From Chloroflexota bacterium (GTDB taxonomy: Bacteria > Chloroflexota > Limnocylindria > P2-11E): a stretch of DNA of 51,979 bases. How positions within the stretch are numbered: position 1 is the first letter of the stretch; the number at the start of each line of letters is the position of its first letter. Below the pieces are notes generated by a model. That model saw only the letters and a list, made by a program, of their open reading frames with translations, was not told where the DNA came from and ran no database searches. Positions 39,743 through 48,467 of the stretch are shown here, piece by piece. The position numbers and the translations under genes are program-made. The stretch is from NCBI GenBank assembly GCA_016875795.1, contig VGOU01000001.1, forward strand, positions 1 to 51,979, written 5' to 3'.

Positions 39743-40666
39743 TCTCTAGACGGCCGCAGCCGCATCCCTCGAAGCGTGTCGACGAGCGGGCGCTCCGGCT
39801 CTCCGTCGATGGACGCAGCCACCACTCTCACGGATCCGCGTCCGCAGCCGATCGCCGGCCCGTCCGCCGTCAACGAGACGTCTCCCGGCGCTGCGTCTCG
39901 ATCCGGCATGGGCTCAGTCATCCAGAGCCGCAGTATCCGCCTATCCACGGACCGGACGAGGGCGCCGGGATACGGAGCCGCTTGGGCTCGTACGAAGTCG
40001 TGGACGCGAAACGCGCCGCGGGTCAGGTCCACCTCTCCATCGTCAGGCGAACGCTGTGGGTACGTCGTTGCCCGCGAATGGTCTTGAGGGAACGTCCGCG
40101 CCGTACCGCCGAGGATGCCCGGCAAGGACGTCCGTAGCAGGCGGACGGCCGGGTCGTCCAGCCGGTCCAGCGCGACGGCCACGTCCTCGCTCGGATCGAG
40201 CGGCACGCTCGACTGGGCCACGATGTCGCCTGCATCTGGACGCGCGTCCAGCCGGAACAGGGTCAGTCCGATGGTGCGCTCACCCTCGATGATCTGCCAC
40301 ACGACCGGTGCGCCACCCCGATAGCGCGGGAGAGGCCCCGCATGGAATCCGAGGAGCTCGGTGGTCGACCCTCGCACGGGGATCATCGCGTACCAGCCGC
40401 AGACGATCGCGACGCCGGGTCGCCGCTCCTGGAGCAACGCATGCCCCCCGGCGGGCATCGTGCGTGACGATCAAGGGGACCGACCATCCTGCCGCCATCT
40501 CACGGAGCTCCGCAAGGCGTGAGCGGGGATCGTCGCGGTCGTCAGGGGTGATCGCGCACTCGAGGGCATGGGGCGGACGGACTTCGGAGACGAGCGTTTC
40601 CAGCACGCGAAGACCCATCGACTTGCTGCCGATGAATGCGACCCGCCTACCGGGCCGGTCGGACAT
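39739..40666 (-). pseudogene. second sugar N-formyltransferase, frameshifted in a C6/G6 homopolymer (40444..40449)
   Basis: The N-terminal part is in ORF 40280..40666 (RRVAFIGSKSMGLRVLETL...SVPLIVTHDA). The catalytic and C-terminal parts are in ORF 39739..40458 (GVAIVCGWYAMIP...LLGFHAGPLPRYRGGAPVVWQIIEG...DARPDAGDIV). The frames switch at GATGCCCGCCGGGGGGCATGCG. Confidence 0.7.
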
Positions 40667-40681
40667 CGCGGTCGGGTCGGA

Positions 40682-41674
40682 TCAGGCCAGCGCGGGGCGA
40701 CCACTCGCGAGCGAGCGCTGCCACTCGATCGTGCGTCCCACGCCTTCTTCGAGGTCCACCTTCGGCTCGAACCCGAGGACCCGCCGCGCCTTCGCTATCG
40801 ACGGCGTCCGACTCTCGACGTCGGGCCCGAGCGCCGGCTCGCGCGAGATCGCGATCCCCGATCCGGCGAGGCGCGCGACCGTCTCGGCAAGCTCCATCGT
40901 GGTCGCGGACGCGCGCGGGTTCCCCACGTTGATGATCTCCCCTCGCGCGTCCGGCACGGCCAGCGCGCTCGCGACCGCGTCGACGAAGTCCTCGACGAAG
41001 CACCACGAGCGCACCTGGTGCCCCGTGCCGCGGACGGTGATCGGGCGGCCAGCGACGGCGGCCGCGACCATGTCGTGGATCGCGCCTTCGCCGACCTGCC
41101 GGGGCCCGTAGACGTTGAACGGCCTGATGACGACGGAGGGAACGAGACCGGCGCGGTCGTACGCGAGGGCGAGGTGCTCGGCGGCGAGCTTGCTCGCGGC
41201 ATACGCCCAGCGGCCTTCGGTCGCGGGGGGGATGGGCGTCGCTCGATCCTCTGACGCGTCGGAGGCGTGGATCCCGTAGACCTCCGAGGTCGAGAGGCAC
41301 ACGAAGCGCGTCACGCCGGCGCGCGCGCTCGCCTCGAGGCACATGCGCGTGCCCACGAAGTTGACCTCCATGGTGCGGATGACGTCGAGTCCGACCGATC
41401 GGGTCCCGGCGATCGCGGCGAGGTGGACCACGATGTCCTGGTCGCGGACCGCCGACTCGAGCGTGTCCGGCTTGAGGATGTCCCCGTGGATGAACACGAC
41501 CCCGGGCGGCAGCGGGCCGAGATGATCGAGCGCGTTCCGGCGCAGGTTGTCGAGGAGCGTGAGCTCGTTGGCACCCGCCAGCAGCCCGACGAGATGCGAG
41601 GCGATGAAGCCCGCACCGCCTGTGAGCAGGATCCGCTTGCCGGCGATCTGAGCCGTGCGCGCGACCGGGGTCAT
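40682..41674 (-). CDS. extended SDR, UDP-sugar 4-epimerase / UDP-glucuronate decarboxylase-like
   Basis: ATG verified at 41672..41674. ILLTGGAGFIASHL, STSEVYG, YAASKLAAE and RPFNVYGP. Confidence 0.85.
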   Translation of the reverse strand: MTPVARTAQIAGKRILLTGGAGFIASHLVGLLAGANELTLLDNLRRNALDHLGPLPPGVVFIHGDILKPDTLESAVRDQDIVVHLAAIAGTRSVGLDVIRTMEVNFVGTRMCLEASARAGVTRFVCLSTSEVYGIHASDASEDRATPIPPATEGRWAYAASKLAAEHLALAYDRAGLVPSVVIRPFNVYGPRQVGEGAIHDMVAAAVAGRPITVRGTGHQVRSWCFVEDFVDAVASALAVPDARGEIINVGNPRASATTMELAETVARLAGSGIAISREPALGPDVESRTPSIAKARRVLGFEPKVDLEEGVGRTIEWQRSLASGRPALA

Positions 41675-41728
41675 GAGGTCAAGTCTCACAGGATCGCGCG
41701 CGGACCGCGACGATATGATCCGGACCGG

Positions 41729-43063
41729 GTGAAGGACCTGCGCGCGGGCCTCCGCGCCCGCATCGAGGGATCGGACATCACCGTCGGCGTGGTAGGGCTC
41801 GGGTTCGTCGGGCTGCCGGTCGCGGCATCGTTCGCCTCCGGAGGATGCCGGGTCGTCGGCGTGGACATCGACGAGCGGCGCGTCGGCGCGATCGCGTCCG
41901 GCTCGAACCCTCTCGATGAGGACGAACCGGGTCTCTCTGAGCTCATCCGGACCACGACGGCGAACGGCACGCTCGTGGCAACGACGGACGCCGCCGCGCT
42001 CCGGAACGCGGATGCCATCCTCGTGGCCGTCGAGACACCTGTCGGGGACGACCACCTCGCCGACCTCAGCGCGCTGCGAGCGGCGTCGCGGTCCGTCGGC
42101 GGGGCCCTGCGCCGCGGCACGCTCGTGGTCGTGGAGTCCACCGTGCCGCCGGGCACGACGGGCGGGCTCGTGCGGCAGGAGATCGAGAGCGCCTCGGGCA
42201 TGGTCTGCGAGCGGGACTTCTATCTGGGTCACTGCCCCGAGCGGCTCATGCCGGGAAAGCTGCTCTCGAACGTCCGCACGCTCCCGCGCGTCTGCGGCGG
42301 TTCGTCAGCCGCGACGGCGGATCTCGTCGTCGCCCTCTATCGGCACGTGGTGCGTGCCGACCTCGACCCGGTCGACCTCGTGACCGCCGAGCTGGTGAAG
42401 ACCGCGGAGAACGCGTACTACGACCTCAACATCGCGTTCGCCAATGAGGTCGCCCTCATCTGCGAAGAGGTCGGTGCCGACGTGTCGCGGGTGCGCGCGC
42501 TCGTGAACAAGTCACCCGGCCGGAACATGCTCCTGCCCGGCGCCGGGGTCGGCGGCGCGTGCATCCCGAAGGATCCTTGGCTGCTCGCTGCCGTGCCAGG
42601 ACGCGTTCGCGGGCCGCTCATCGCGGCGGCCAGGCGGGTGAACGACGGGATGCCGCGTCATGTCGCGGATCTGACCCGCGCCGGGCTCGCGAGACACGGC
42701 CGGCGGCTCGAAGGAGCCATCGTCGCCGTGCTCGGCGTCGCGTACCGCGAGGATACGAAGGACGACCGGAACAGCCCGACGGCTGCGCTCGCGCGCGAGC
42801 TCCGCTCTGAGGGCGCGACGGTCCGGCTGCACGACCCGCACGTGCCCGATCACCAGAGCCCGCTCGCCGACGTCACGGAGGGGGCCGATGCCGCGGTGCT
42901 GATGGTGGCCCACTCCGCGTACCGGTCGATCGAGCCGGCCTCGCTTCGCCGCACCATGCGCACGCCGGTGCTCGTTGACGGCCGGCGCGTGTTCGACCCC
43001 GCGACGGCCGAGGCGGCGGGCCTCACCTACCTCGCGGTCGGATGGACGCCGCGGTGGAACTGA
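41729..43063 (+). CDS. UDP-sugar 6-dehydrogenase family (Ugd/WecC-like)
   Basis: GTG 41729. VGVVGLGFVGLPVA, VVVESTVPPGTT, ELVKTAENAYYDLNIAFANE, GGACIPKDP (catalytic Cys) and GVAYREDTKDDRNSP. Confidence 0.85.
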   Translation: MKDLRAGLRARIEGSDITVGVVGLGFVGLPVAASFASGGCRVVGVDIDERRVGAIASGSNPLDEDEPGLSELIRTTTANGTLVATTDAAALRNADAILVAVETPVGDDHLADLSALRAASRSVGGALRRGTLVVVESTVPPGTTGGLVRQEIESASGMVCERDFYLGHCPERLMPGKLLSNVRTLPRVCGGSSAATADLVVALYRHVVRADLDPVDLVTAELVKTAENAYYDLNIAFANEVALICEEVGADVSRVRALVNKSPGRNMLLPGAGVGGACIPKDPWLLAAVPGRVRGPLIAAARRVNDGMPRHVADLTRAGLARHGRRLEGAIVAVLGVAYREDTKDDRNSPTAALARELRSEGATVRLHDPHVPDHQSPLADVTEGADAAVLMVAHSAYRSIEPASLRRTMRTPVLVDGRRVFDPATAEAAGLTYLAVGWTPRWN

Positions 43064-43935
43064 AAGGAAAGCGGTTCGCCGTCATCGGCGGCGCCGGACT
43101 GGTGGGCTCGCACGTAGTCGATGCGCTCCTAAACGAGCCCGTGGAGGAGGTCGTGGTCCTCGACGACTTCGCGCGAGGGACCCGCGAGAACCTCGGCGAG
43201 GCCGCGCGGCGCGAGCGGATCCGCGTGGTCTCCGCGTCCATGGCCGAGCCGGAGGTGTTGCGCGAGACGCTCGAGGGCGTCGACGGCGTCTTCTTGCTGG
43301 CCTCGCTCTGGCTCACGGAGCGCCTCGAAGACCAGCGGCGGGCATGGTCAGTCAACGTCCTCGGCACGTGGAATGTCATCGAGGCCTGCCGCGACCTCGG
43401 CATTCGACGAGTCGTGTAATCGTCCTCGGCGTCCGTGTACGGCAACGCCGTCACGCTGCCGATGACGGAGGAGCACCCGTTCGCGAACCGTACCACCTAC
43501 GGCGCCACGAAGATCGCGTGCGAGCAGATGTGCCGGGCGGCGTACGAGCAGTACGGGCTCGCCTACGTCGCGCTGCGGTGCATGAACGTGTACGGCCCGC
43601 GCATGGATCGCCGGGGCGTCTACGTCGGCGTCATCGTCCGGATGCTCGACGACATCCTCAGCGGCCGCCCCCCGGTCATCTACGGCGACGGCACACAGAC
43701 GCATGACTTCATCTACGTGGCCGACGCCGCGCGCGCCAACGTGCTCGCGATGCTCTCCGACGCGGCGGACGTCCCGCTGAACGTCGGCACCGGTATCGGC
43801 ACGACGCTGAACGAGGTCGCCGACCTCCTCCTGGAACTGACGGGATCCTCGCTCCGGCCGGAGCGGCGGCCCGAGGTGCGGAGCATCGTGACCTCCCGTG
43901 TCGGCAGCACCGACCTCGCGCGACGCCTTATCGAA
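43042..43935 (+). pseudogene. extended SDR epimerase/dehydratase with an in-frame TAA (43417..43419), 3' end replaced
   Basis: ORFs 43042..43419 and 43435..44373 share one frame. The sequence reads IRRVV-TAA-SSSASVYGN where the family has VV-Y-SSSxxVYG. AVIGGAGLVGSHV and YGATKIACE are present. Homology fades after ...STDLARRLI, about 43932. Confidence 0.7.
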
Positions 43936-44373
43936 GACCGAACGCGAGCAGGGTCGGATCTTCTGCGACACCGTGCTCGCATGGTGGGCGAGCGACATCC
44001 CGGCCGCCGTCGGGTGGCAGGCCACGAAGTACTTCTACTTCTGGTGGTTCTCCCCGGTCGCCGGGACCCTCTACCCGGCCGGCTGGATCGACGCGTACAG
44101 GATCCTCTACGGGATCGAGCTCGCGCTGGCCGCCGCGGGCATCGTCGTCGTCTGGCGGCGGGGGTGGAGAGGGGGCTCGTTCTCCTTCTGACGCTCATGG
44201 CGCTCATCGCCGCGTCGCAGACCGTGTTCTACGTCGAGGGCCGTCACCGGCTCATCCTCGAGGCCGCCATTGCGGCGCTCGCCGCCTGCGGCGCGGTCAC
44301 GGCCGCCGGCTCCGTCCGCGAGCGTCCGGCTATCGTTCGACGCGATGCCGTTCACGTTCGCCCCACACCCTGA
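43936..44373 (+). pseudogene. 3' remnant of a GT-C membrane glycosyltransferase gene, itself frameshifted near 44165..44175
   Basis: ORF 43898..44191 reads RIFCDTVLAWWASDIPAAVGWQATKYFYFWWFSPVAGTLYPAGWIDAYRILYGIELALAAAGIVVVWRR. It continues in the other frame as LVLLLTLMALIAASQTVFYVEGRHRLILEAAIAALAACG. This resembles the C-terminal layout of 44899..46080. There is no N-terminal part. Confidence 0.5.
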
Positions 44374-44902
44374 TCTGCCGGAGGTCGTGCTGATCACGCC
44401 CCACGTGTTCGCCGATCAGCGCGGCTGGTTCATGGAGTCCTTCCGTCGCAGCGACTTCGAGCGGCACGGCATCACGGCCGATTTCGTCCAGGACGACCAC
44501 TCGCGCTCGGACGGCCGGCTCATCCTGCGGGGCCTGCACTGGCAGGCCGCGCCCGCGGCGCAGGGCAAGCTGGTCCGCTGCACGCTGGGCGAGATCTTCG
44601 ACGCCGTCGTCGACGTGCGTCCCGAGGCCTCGACGTTCGGGCGCTCGGCGACGCTCGTCCTGAGCGCGGCCGAGCCGCGGATGTTGTGGATCCCGCCCGG
44701 CCTGGCGCACGGCTTCCTCACGCTGTCGAAGGTGGTCGAGGTCCAGTACAAGCACACGCACGAGTACAGCTCCGAGCACGCGCGACGACTTCGCTGGGAC
44801 GACCCCGACCTCGCGATCCCGTGGCCCCTGGACGGCGCCATGCCGCGGCTCTCGCCGGCCGACGCGGCGGCACCGACCCTGCGGGAGGCGGGGCTGCATT
44901 GA
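44345..44902 (+). CDS. rmlC: dTDP-4-dehydrorhamnose 3,5-epimerase
   Basis: ATG 44345. VFADQRGWFMESF, LRGLHWQ, QGKLVRCTLGEIFDAVVDVR, LWIPPGLAHGF and YKHTHEYS. Confidence 0.9.
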   Translation: MPFTFAPHPDLPEVVLITPHVFADQRGWFMESFRRSDFERHGITADFVQDDHSRSDGRLILRGLHWQAAPAAQGKLVRCTLGEIFDAVVDVRPEASTFGRSATLVLSAAEPRMLWIPPGLAHGFLTLSKVVEVQYKHTHEYSSEHARRLRWDDPDLAIPWPLDGAMPRLSPADAAAPTLREAGLH

Positions 44903-46080
44903 GAACGCTCCGCCGTCCGTGGGCCTGGGCGAACGCCCACGAGGATCGCATCCGCGCGGTCACCGCCGTGCTCGCGGCGGCGCTGCCGATCCTGTTCCTG
45001 CTCGCGGCGCTCGTCCAGGCGGCGCCGTTCGTCGACGACGTCCCGCTCGACTCGCGAGAGGGGGACGACTGGGTCTCGTACAAGCTGTTCGCGCACAGCG
45101 TCTACAGGGACGGCCTCTCGATGCCGGTCATGGCCGGCGCGTACGGCGCTCAGGAGGGCACGGTCCACGGGTTCCTCTACATCTACTTCGTCGCCGGCGT
45201 GTTCGCGGTCTTCGGCGAGAACAGCTCGTTCGTATACGTCGTCCAGTCGGCGCTCATCGGGGCCGCCGCGTCGCTGGTCCACCTCGGCTGGCGTCGCGTC
45301 CTATCGCCCCTCGCCGCGCTCGCCGTCCTCCTCGGCGCGGCGCTCCTCGCCTTCGCCGACATCTATCGCAGCATCGGCTTCCGACTGCTGAGCGAGAACC
45401 TCTTCGTCTTCCTCCTCGCTGCGACGTTCGCGGCGTACGTGGAGGCGCACTGGCGCCGAAGCGCGTGGCTCGCGACGGGCGCCGGGATCCTCCTCGGTCT
45501 CGCCGTCCTGAGCCGGACGAACTTCCTCGTCGCGGGACTCTGCCTGCTCGCCGCGGCGGCCGCGTACGCGCGCATCCGCGCGGCGGGAGTCGCGATCCCG
45601 GCGATGCTGGGCATCGGGTTCGCGGTCGGGATGCTTCCGCTGCCGCTGCGCGAGCTCGCTGCGACCGGCGCACCGGACCTCATCCTCCTCAAGCCCAATC
45701 CCGGCGACCTGTATCCGCCCCCGACCGGGTCGATCGGCGAGCTCGTCGAGCACTACGTCCGGCGCGTGCTCTTCACCATCGGGTTCACGACGGCGCAGGA
45801 GCCCGGTTACCGCTGGCGCCCGCACTGGCTCCTGCTGTGGTCGGGGGCGCTCGCCTGGCTGATCTGGCGCGTGCGCCGGCCCAGGCTCGACCCGCCCGAG
45901 ACGTTCGCGCTGCTCGTGATCGTCACGTATCTGGGACCTGTGATCGCGTTGAGCTATCCGTCCAACTACGGCGCCCGGATGATCACCGTCGCCCTGCCGA
46001 TCGTGCTGGGCCTCGCGATCCTGGGGTTCGACCGGTGGGCGCGGGGCCGCGACGGGGTCAGTCGGCCGGGCGGCGGATGA
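44899..46080 (+). CDS. GT-C-fold membrane glycosyltransferase (ArnT/PMT-like)
   Basis: TTG 44899 forms a TTGA overlap with the rmlC stop. About 10 TM helices. First loop VDDVPLDSREGDDWVSYKLFAHSV; LAVLSRTNFL. Confidence 0.7.
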   Translation: MRTLRRPWAWANAHEDRIRAVTAVLAAALPILFLLAALVQAAPFVDDVPLDSREGDDWVSYKLFAHSVYRDGLSMPVMAGAYGAQEGTVHGFLYIYFVAGVFAVFGENSSFVYVVQSALIGAAASLVHLGWRRVLSPLAALAVLLGAALLAFADIYRSIGFRLLSENLFVFLLAATFAAYVEAHWRRSAWLATGAGILLGLAVLSRTNFLVAGLCLLAAAAAYARIRAAGVAIPAMLGIGFAVGMLPLPLRELAATGAPDLILLKPNPGDLYPPPTGSIGELVEHYVRRVLFTIGFTTAQEPGYRWRPHWLLLWSGALAWLIWRVRRPRLDPPETFALLVIVTYLGPVIALSYPSNYGARMITVALPIVLGLAILGFDRWARGRDGVSRPGGG

Positions 46081-46759
46081 CGAGCACGACGTAGGTGAAC
46101 AGGTCGCGGACCGAGAAGTGCGTACGCTCCGCGATCAGCCCCGAAGGGCGGAGGAGCCGCTGGGCCCACGACCTCGTCCAGAAGCGCGAGACCTCGTCGG
46201 GGAAGAACTGCACGCGGCGTCGCAAGACCTGGTTCAGGACGAAGAGCACGAGGCCAAGGCCGATGACCGACGACCCGTAGCGCGGCGGCCAGAAGATCAA
46301 CCCGCGAGAGCCCGGACGCATCACGGGCGCGAGCGCGGCGAAGGCGCGCTCGATCCCAGGCTCGTGGAAGTGCTCCATGACACCGAGATTCCAGACGCCA
46401 TCGATCGTCCCCGGCCGGAACGGCGGCCGGAAGATGTCGCCGACGACGAAGACCGCGTTCGGCAGGTTCGTCCTCGCGCGCGCGATCCGCAGCGCGTCCG
46501 GCGCGATGTCCATGAGCACGAAAGTGGCGCGCTCGAAGCCGATGCGCCCGTCCGACTCGCCGCTGCCGCAGCCCGCGTGCAGGTAGACCTTGCCCGCCTC
46601 GTCCGCGAAGTAGCGGCGGAACCAGTGGCGGACGGCGCGCGCGATGAGCACCCTGCGGTAGAGCCGCGCGAGGACCGGGAAGAGTCCCCGCTCCTGCGCG
46701 CTCTCCTGCCAGTAGTCGTCCCAGCCCTTCGAGCCGGTCGGCCGATCGCCCCGCTTCAG
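46058..46759 (-). CDS. class I SAM-dependent methyltransferase; apparent CTG start in a CTGA overlap
   Basis: YLHAGCGSGESD, FVLMDIA, IDGVWNLGVMEHF and MRPGSRGLIF. The track starts at GTG 46651. However, the 36 in-frame upstream codons (KRGDRPTGSKGWDDYWQESAQERGLFPVLARLYRR) have 33 of the 35 third positions I tallied as G/C and contain no ATG/GTG/TTG. CTG at 46759..46757 overlaps the upstream TGA. Confidence 0.7.
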   Translation of the reverse strand: MKRGDRPTGSKGWDDYWQESAQERGLFPVLARLYRRVLIARAVRHWFRRYFADEAGKVYLHAGCGSGESDGRIGFERATFVLMDIAPDALRIARARTNLPNAVFVVGDIFRPPFRPGTIDGVWNLGVMEHFHEPGIERAFAALAPVMRPGSRGLIFWPPRYGSSVIGLGLVLFVLNQVLRRRVQFFPDEVSRFWTRSWAQRLLRPSGLIAERTHFSVRDLFTYVVLVIRRPAD

Positions 46760-47544
46760 ACGGGCCCCGCTCCAAGCTCGTCGGCGGCGCGGCGGGCGCG
46801 CTGTCTCCTGCCCTGCGCGTCGATGGCACCGCCCTGGCGGAACGACCTGATGTAGAGGGCGACGAGCATCTCCACGCTCTTGAGGACGTCGCGCACGGTC
46901 ATCTTGGAGTGACCGTACGTCCGCTTCGGCAGTCGCATGGGGATCTCCGTCACGTGCACGCCGGTCCGGCAGAGGAGGTACATGCTCTCGAAGAAGAACG
47001 AGTAGCTCTTCGAGGTGACGAGGTCGAAGACGGCGGGGTCGATCCGGTCGAGGCGGTACAGGCGGAAGGCGCCGGTGGCGTCGTACGGCACGCGGAGGAC
47101 GACCGTCGTGAGGAAGTGACCGATCCTCGTGAGCGACTTCCGCAGGAGGTTCCAGTCGGCGACGCCGTCGCGGAGCGCGAAGCGCGACCCCACCACGAGC
47201 TCGGCGCGGGATGCCGCGGCGATGAACTCGGGGATGCGGTCCGGGTCGTGCGTCAGGTCGCAGTCCATCGAGATGAGGGTCGTGTACCCCTTCGCGTACG
47301 CATGGCGGATCCCCGCGAGGTGCGCCGTGCCGATGCCCTGCTTGCCGGTGCGATGGACGACCGTGAGCCGCGGGTCGGACCGGGCGATCGCATCGAGGAT
47401 GTCCCCGGTGCCGTCGGGCGAGGCATCGTCGATGAACAGGATGTCCATATCGATCCCGAGCGCCCGGATCTGAGCGTGGATGTTCGCCACGTTCTCGCGC
47501 TCGTTGTACGTCGGGATGAAGAGCAGCGTGCGCGGCGAGCCCAC
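46756..47544 (-). CDS. GT2 polyprenol-phosphate mannosyl/glycosyltransferase (Ppm1/DPM1-like)
   Basis: LLFIPTYNERENV, ILFIDDASPDGTG, ISMDCDLTHDP and GSRF. GTG 47544 is preceded by GGGGGGGAT. The longest ORF extends to GTG 47619. Confidence 0.85.
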   Translation of the reverse strand: MGSPRTLLFIPTYNERENVANIHAQIRALGIDMDILFIDDASPDGTGDILDAIARSDPRLTVVHRTGKQGIGTAHLAGIRHAYAKGYTTLISMDCDLTHDPDRIPEFIAAASRAELVVGSRFALRDGVADWNLLRKSLTRIGHFLTTVVLRVPYDATGAFRLYRLDRIDPAVFDLVTSKSYSFFFESMYLLCRTGVHVTEIPMRLPKRTYGHSKMTVRDVLKSVEMLVALYIRSFRQGGAIDAQGRRQRARRAADELGAGPV

Positions 47545-47639
47545 GAACGGATCCCCCCCGGAAGATGGTCGAGCGGTCGTTGATCGCACTGCGAGAGGCG
47601 ATGAGTCTACCGGAGACACTGACCTAGTATCGCCCTCGA

Positions 47640-48467
47640 GTGGTGGAACGGCGGACGCTGCCCGCGAACGAGGCTCCCGAGGACTGGGGGCTCAACGGGT
47701 ACTTCTACGTGATGCCGGAGTACGACACGCTCGGGACCGCGAGGCCTCGCGACCTGGTCTGGAAGAACCGCGACTTCCTGCGCCTGAAGGACCACGCGCT
47801 CACGATGCTCGGCCCGCTTCCCGGCAGGCGCATCCTCGACCTCGGCTGCGCCGACGGCGCGAGCATGGTCTATTGCGGCCTCCAGGGCGCGGAGGTGAAC
47901 GGCGTGGACCTCGACGCGGCCCAGGTCGCGAAGGCGAACGCGCGCGTCGCGCGCTTCGGCCTGCGTGGCGAGGCTCGCGTCGCGGATGCGAAGGCGATGC
48001 CCTTCCCGGACGAGCATTTCGACGGCGTGATCTCGAACGACTTCTTCGAGCACATCGACGTGGCCGAGAAGATCGCCGTCCTGCGCGAGGTGCGCCGCGT
48101 CCTGCGCCCCGGCGCGCCGATCGTGATCAAGACACCGAACCTGCGGTACCTGCAGATCTCCCTCTGGTACAAGCGCCTCCGGGCCATCGCCCGGCTTCGC
48201 GATCCCCGGCGGATCGTGATCCCGATGACCGAGGGCCACGATCATCCGGACCACATCGGTCTGACGACGCGCTGGGAGCTCACGCGCTGCATGATCGCCG
48301 CGGGCTTCCTGAACTACGAGTTCAAGTACGCCCCGCTGCGGCGGTTCGGTGCGAACGGCGTCGTGGAGATGCTGTCGACGGAGGTCCCGGTGCTGCGGGA
48401 CCTGCTCTGCGAGGACGTCTTCTGCCGCGGATGGAAGCCGATCATCGACTCGCACTTCCCGGACTAG
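47640..48467 (+). CDS. class I SAM-dependent methyltransferase
   Basis: ILDLGCADGASM, VNGVDLD, FDGVISNDFFEHI and LRPGAPIVI. GTG 47640. Confidence 0.85.
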   Translation: MVERRTLPANEAPEDWGLNGYFYVMPEYDTLGTARPRDLVWKNRDFLRLKDHALTMLGPLPGRRILDLGCADGASMVYCGLQGAEVNGVDLDAAQVAKANARVARFGLRGEARVADAKAMPFPDEHFDGVISNDFFEHIDVAEKIAVLREVRRVLRPGAPIVIKTPNLRYLQISLWYKRLRAIARLRDPRRIVIPMTEGHDHPDHIGLTTRWELTRCMIAAGFLNYEFKYAPLRRFGANGVVEMLSTEVPVLRDLLCEDVFCRGWKPIIDSHFPD

